A stretch of DNA of 63,392 nucleotides, counting the filler, from Octopus bimaculoides (taxonomy: Eukaryota), in NCBI RefSeq assembly GCF_001194135.2. It is 7 parts of 7 records of this genome, joined end to end, with 100 filler letters (N's around TTAATTAATTAA, not from the genome) between each part and the next. Parts side by side here need not be neighbours in the genome. Positions count along the whole stretch, not along the records: positions 62,390 to 63,392 come from NC_068997.1; 6 more parts are not named here. One strand, written 5' to 3'. A program made the position numbers and the translations under genes. Under the pieces are notes generated by a model, which searched no databases, had not been told where the DNA came from, and worked only from the letters and a program-made list of their open reading frames with translations. Below are positions 62,290 to 63,392 of the stretch, piece by piece; positions within the stretch are counted from its first letter, which is position 1, and every line of letters starts with the position of its first letter.

Positions 62290-62389
62290 NNNNNNNNNNN
62301 NNNNNNNNNNNNNNNNNNNNNNNNNNNNNNNNNTTAATTAATTAANNNNNNNNNNNNNNNNNNNNNNNNNNNNNNNNNNNNNNNNNNNN
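62290..62389. other. Artificial scaffold joint (44 N + TTAATTAATTAA + 44 N)
   Basis: Counted directly. Confidence 0.95.
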
Positions 62390-62585
62390 TATGCACATAC
62401 ACGCCACGCACGCGCACACCACAGATACACGCATACAACACGTACAGAAAGATAATCAAGATACAATATTTTTTAGGTTAAACATTATCGTGTATATATA
62501 TATATATACAATTTTCACGTGCTATTCCTTTCGAAAATAGTTAAGATGGAGACTAAAAGTCAAAATGTAATGTACTTGAGCTTGG

Positions 62586-62619
<34 letters not shown>

Positions 62620-62659
62620 TTCTAGCGTTCGGTCGTTTGCTGATCTAAAACTCCTTCAT

Positions 62660-62889
62660 ATACGCGTGTGTATGTATGCATGAATGTATGTATGAATAAA
62701 TGCACGTACATATTTGTTTGTGTGTATATATATGTATAAATATGTATATATTTATATGTGTACCTATCTATATATATATATACATATATATACATGTATA
62801 TATATATATATATATACATGTATATATATATATATACGTGTATGTATATATATGTATGTATATATATATATATATACGTATATATATAC

Positions 62890-62921
<32 letters not shown>

Positions 62922-62970
62922 GCATATATATATATATACATACATACATACATACATACATACACATTTA
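62660..62970. repeat. Compound (TA)n/(TACA)n microsatellite
   Basis: Direct reading. Confidence 0.95.
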
Positions 62971-63105
62971 TAACCCCACTATTTACTGACATATATATAT
63001 ACGTATTGCTTATTTTTTTGATTTTGATCACCTATCCTTTTGGGATACGATATTCGGGTGTCTACGCATAAGTACCATATTCAACCTTGAATCTATATCT
63101 AAACC

Positions 63106-63140
<35 letters not shown>

Positions 63141-63392
63141 GATATTGGTTGTTTATACTTGGCAATATTTGATAAATGTTAGATATTTGATATAATGTTA
63201 GATCTTCAAATGTATAATTATCCATATGCGTAACAAGCTTTAATATACGCACGTATGTGTATCTAAAGGCAAACACACATATGTGCACGCATGTTTATGT
63301 TCACACACACATATAAACATACACACACATACATGTATATACACATATACACATATATACATGTATATGTATATATATATATATATATATAT

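Overview
Eukaryotic, AT-rich, repeat-dominated DNA. It is most consistent with an octopus (coleoid cephalopod) short-read assembly; this is inferred from the SINE families and the extreme microsatellite load. No host gene can be named with confidence and no intact RNA gene was found. Six identical artificial joints (44 N + TTAATTAATTAA + 44 N) split the window into seven blocks whose adjacency is not supported by sequence. Recognisable content is decayed mobile DNA: HERO-type and R4/Dong-type restriction-like-endonuclease (RLE) retrotransposons, Tx1-like LINEs, Penelope-like elements (GIY-YIG), a Helitron PIF1 helicase fragment, two Tc1/mariner remnants and about 25 tRNA-derived SINE copies. 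Most interesting observations: (1) one SINE subfamily shares its 3' end with the Tx1 LINE, has 12-15 bp target-site duplications (TSDs) and twice sits inside its own family's head; (2) several Penelope-type minimal hammerhead ribozyme motifs occur, one inside a tRNA-headed SINE and a pair on the two arms of a ~650 bp foldback; (3) R4/Dong and Tx1 elements occupy the same TAA/TTA microsatellites in opposite orientations; (4) long inverted repeats could form dsRNA.
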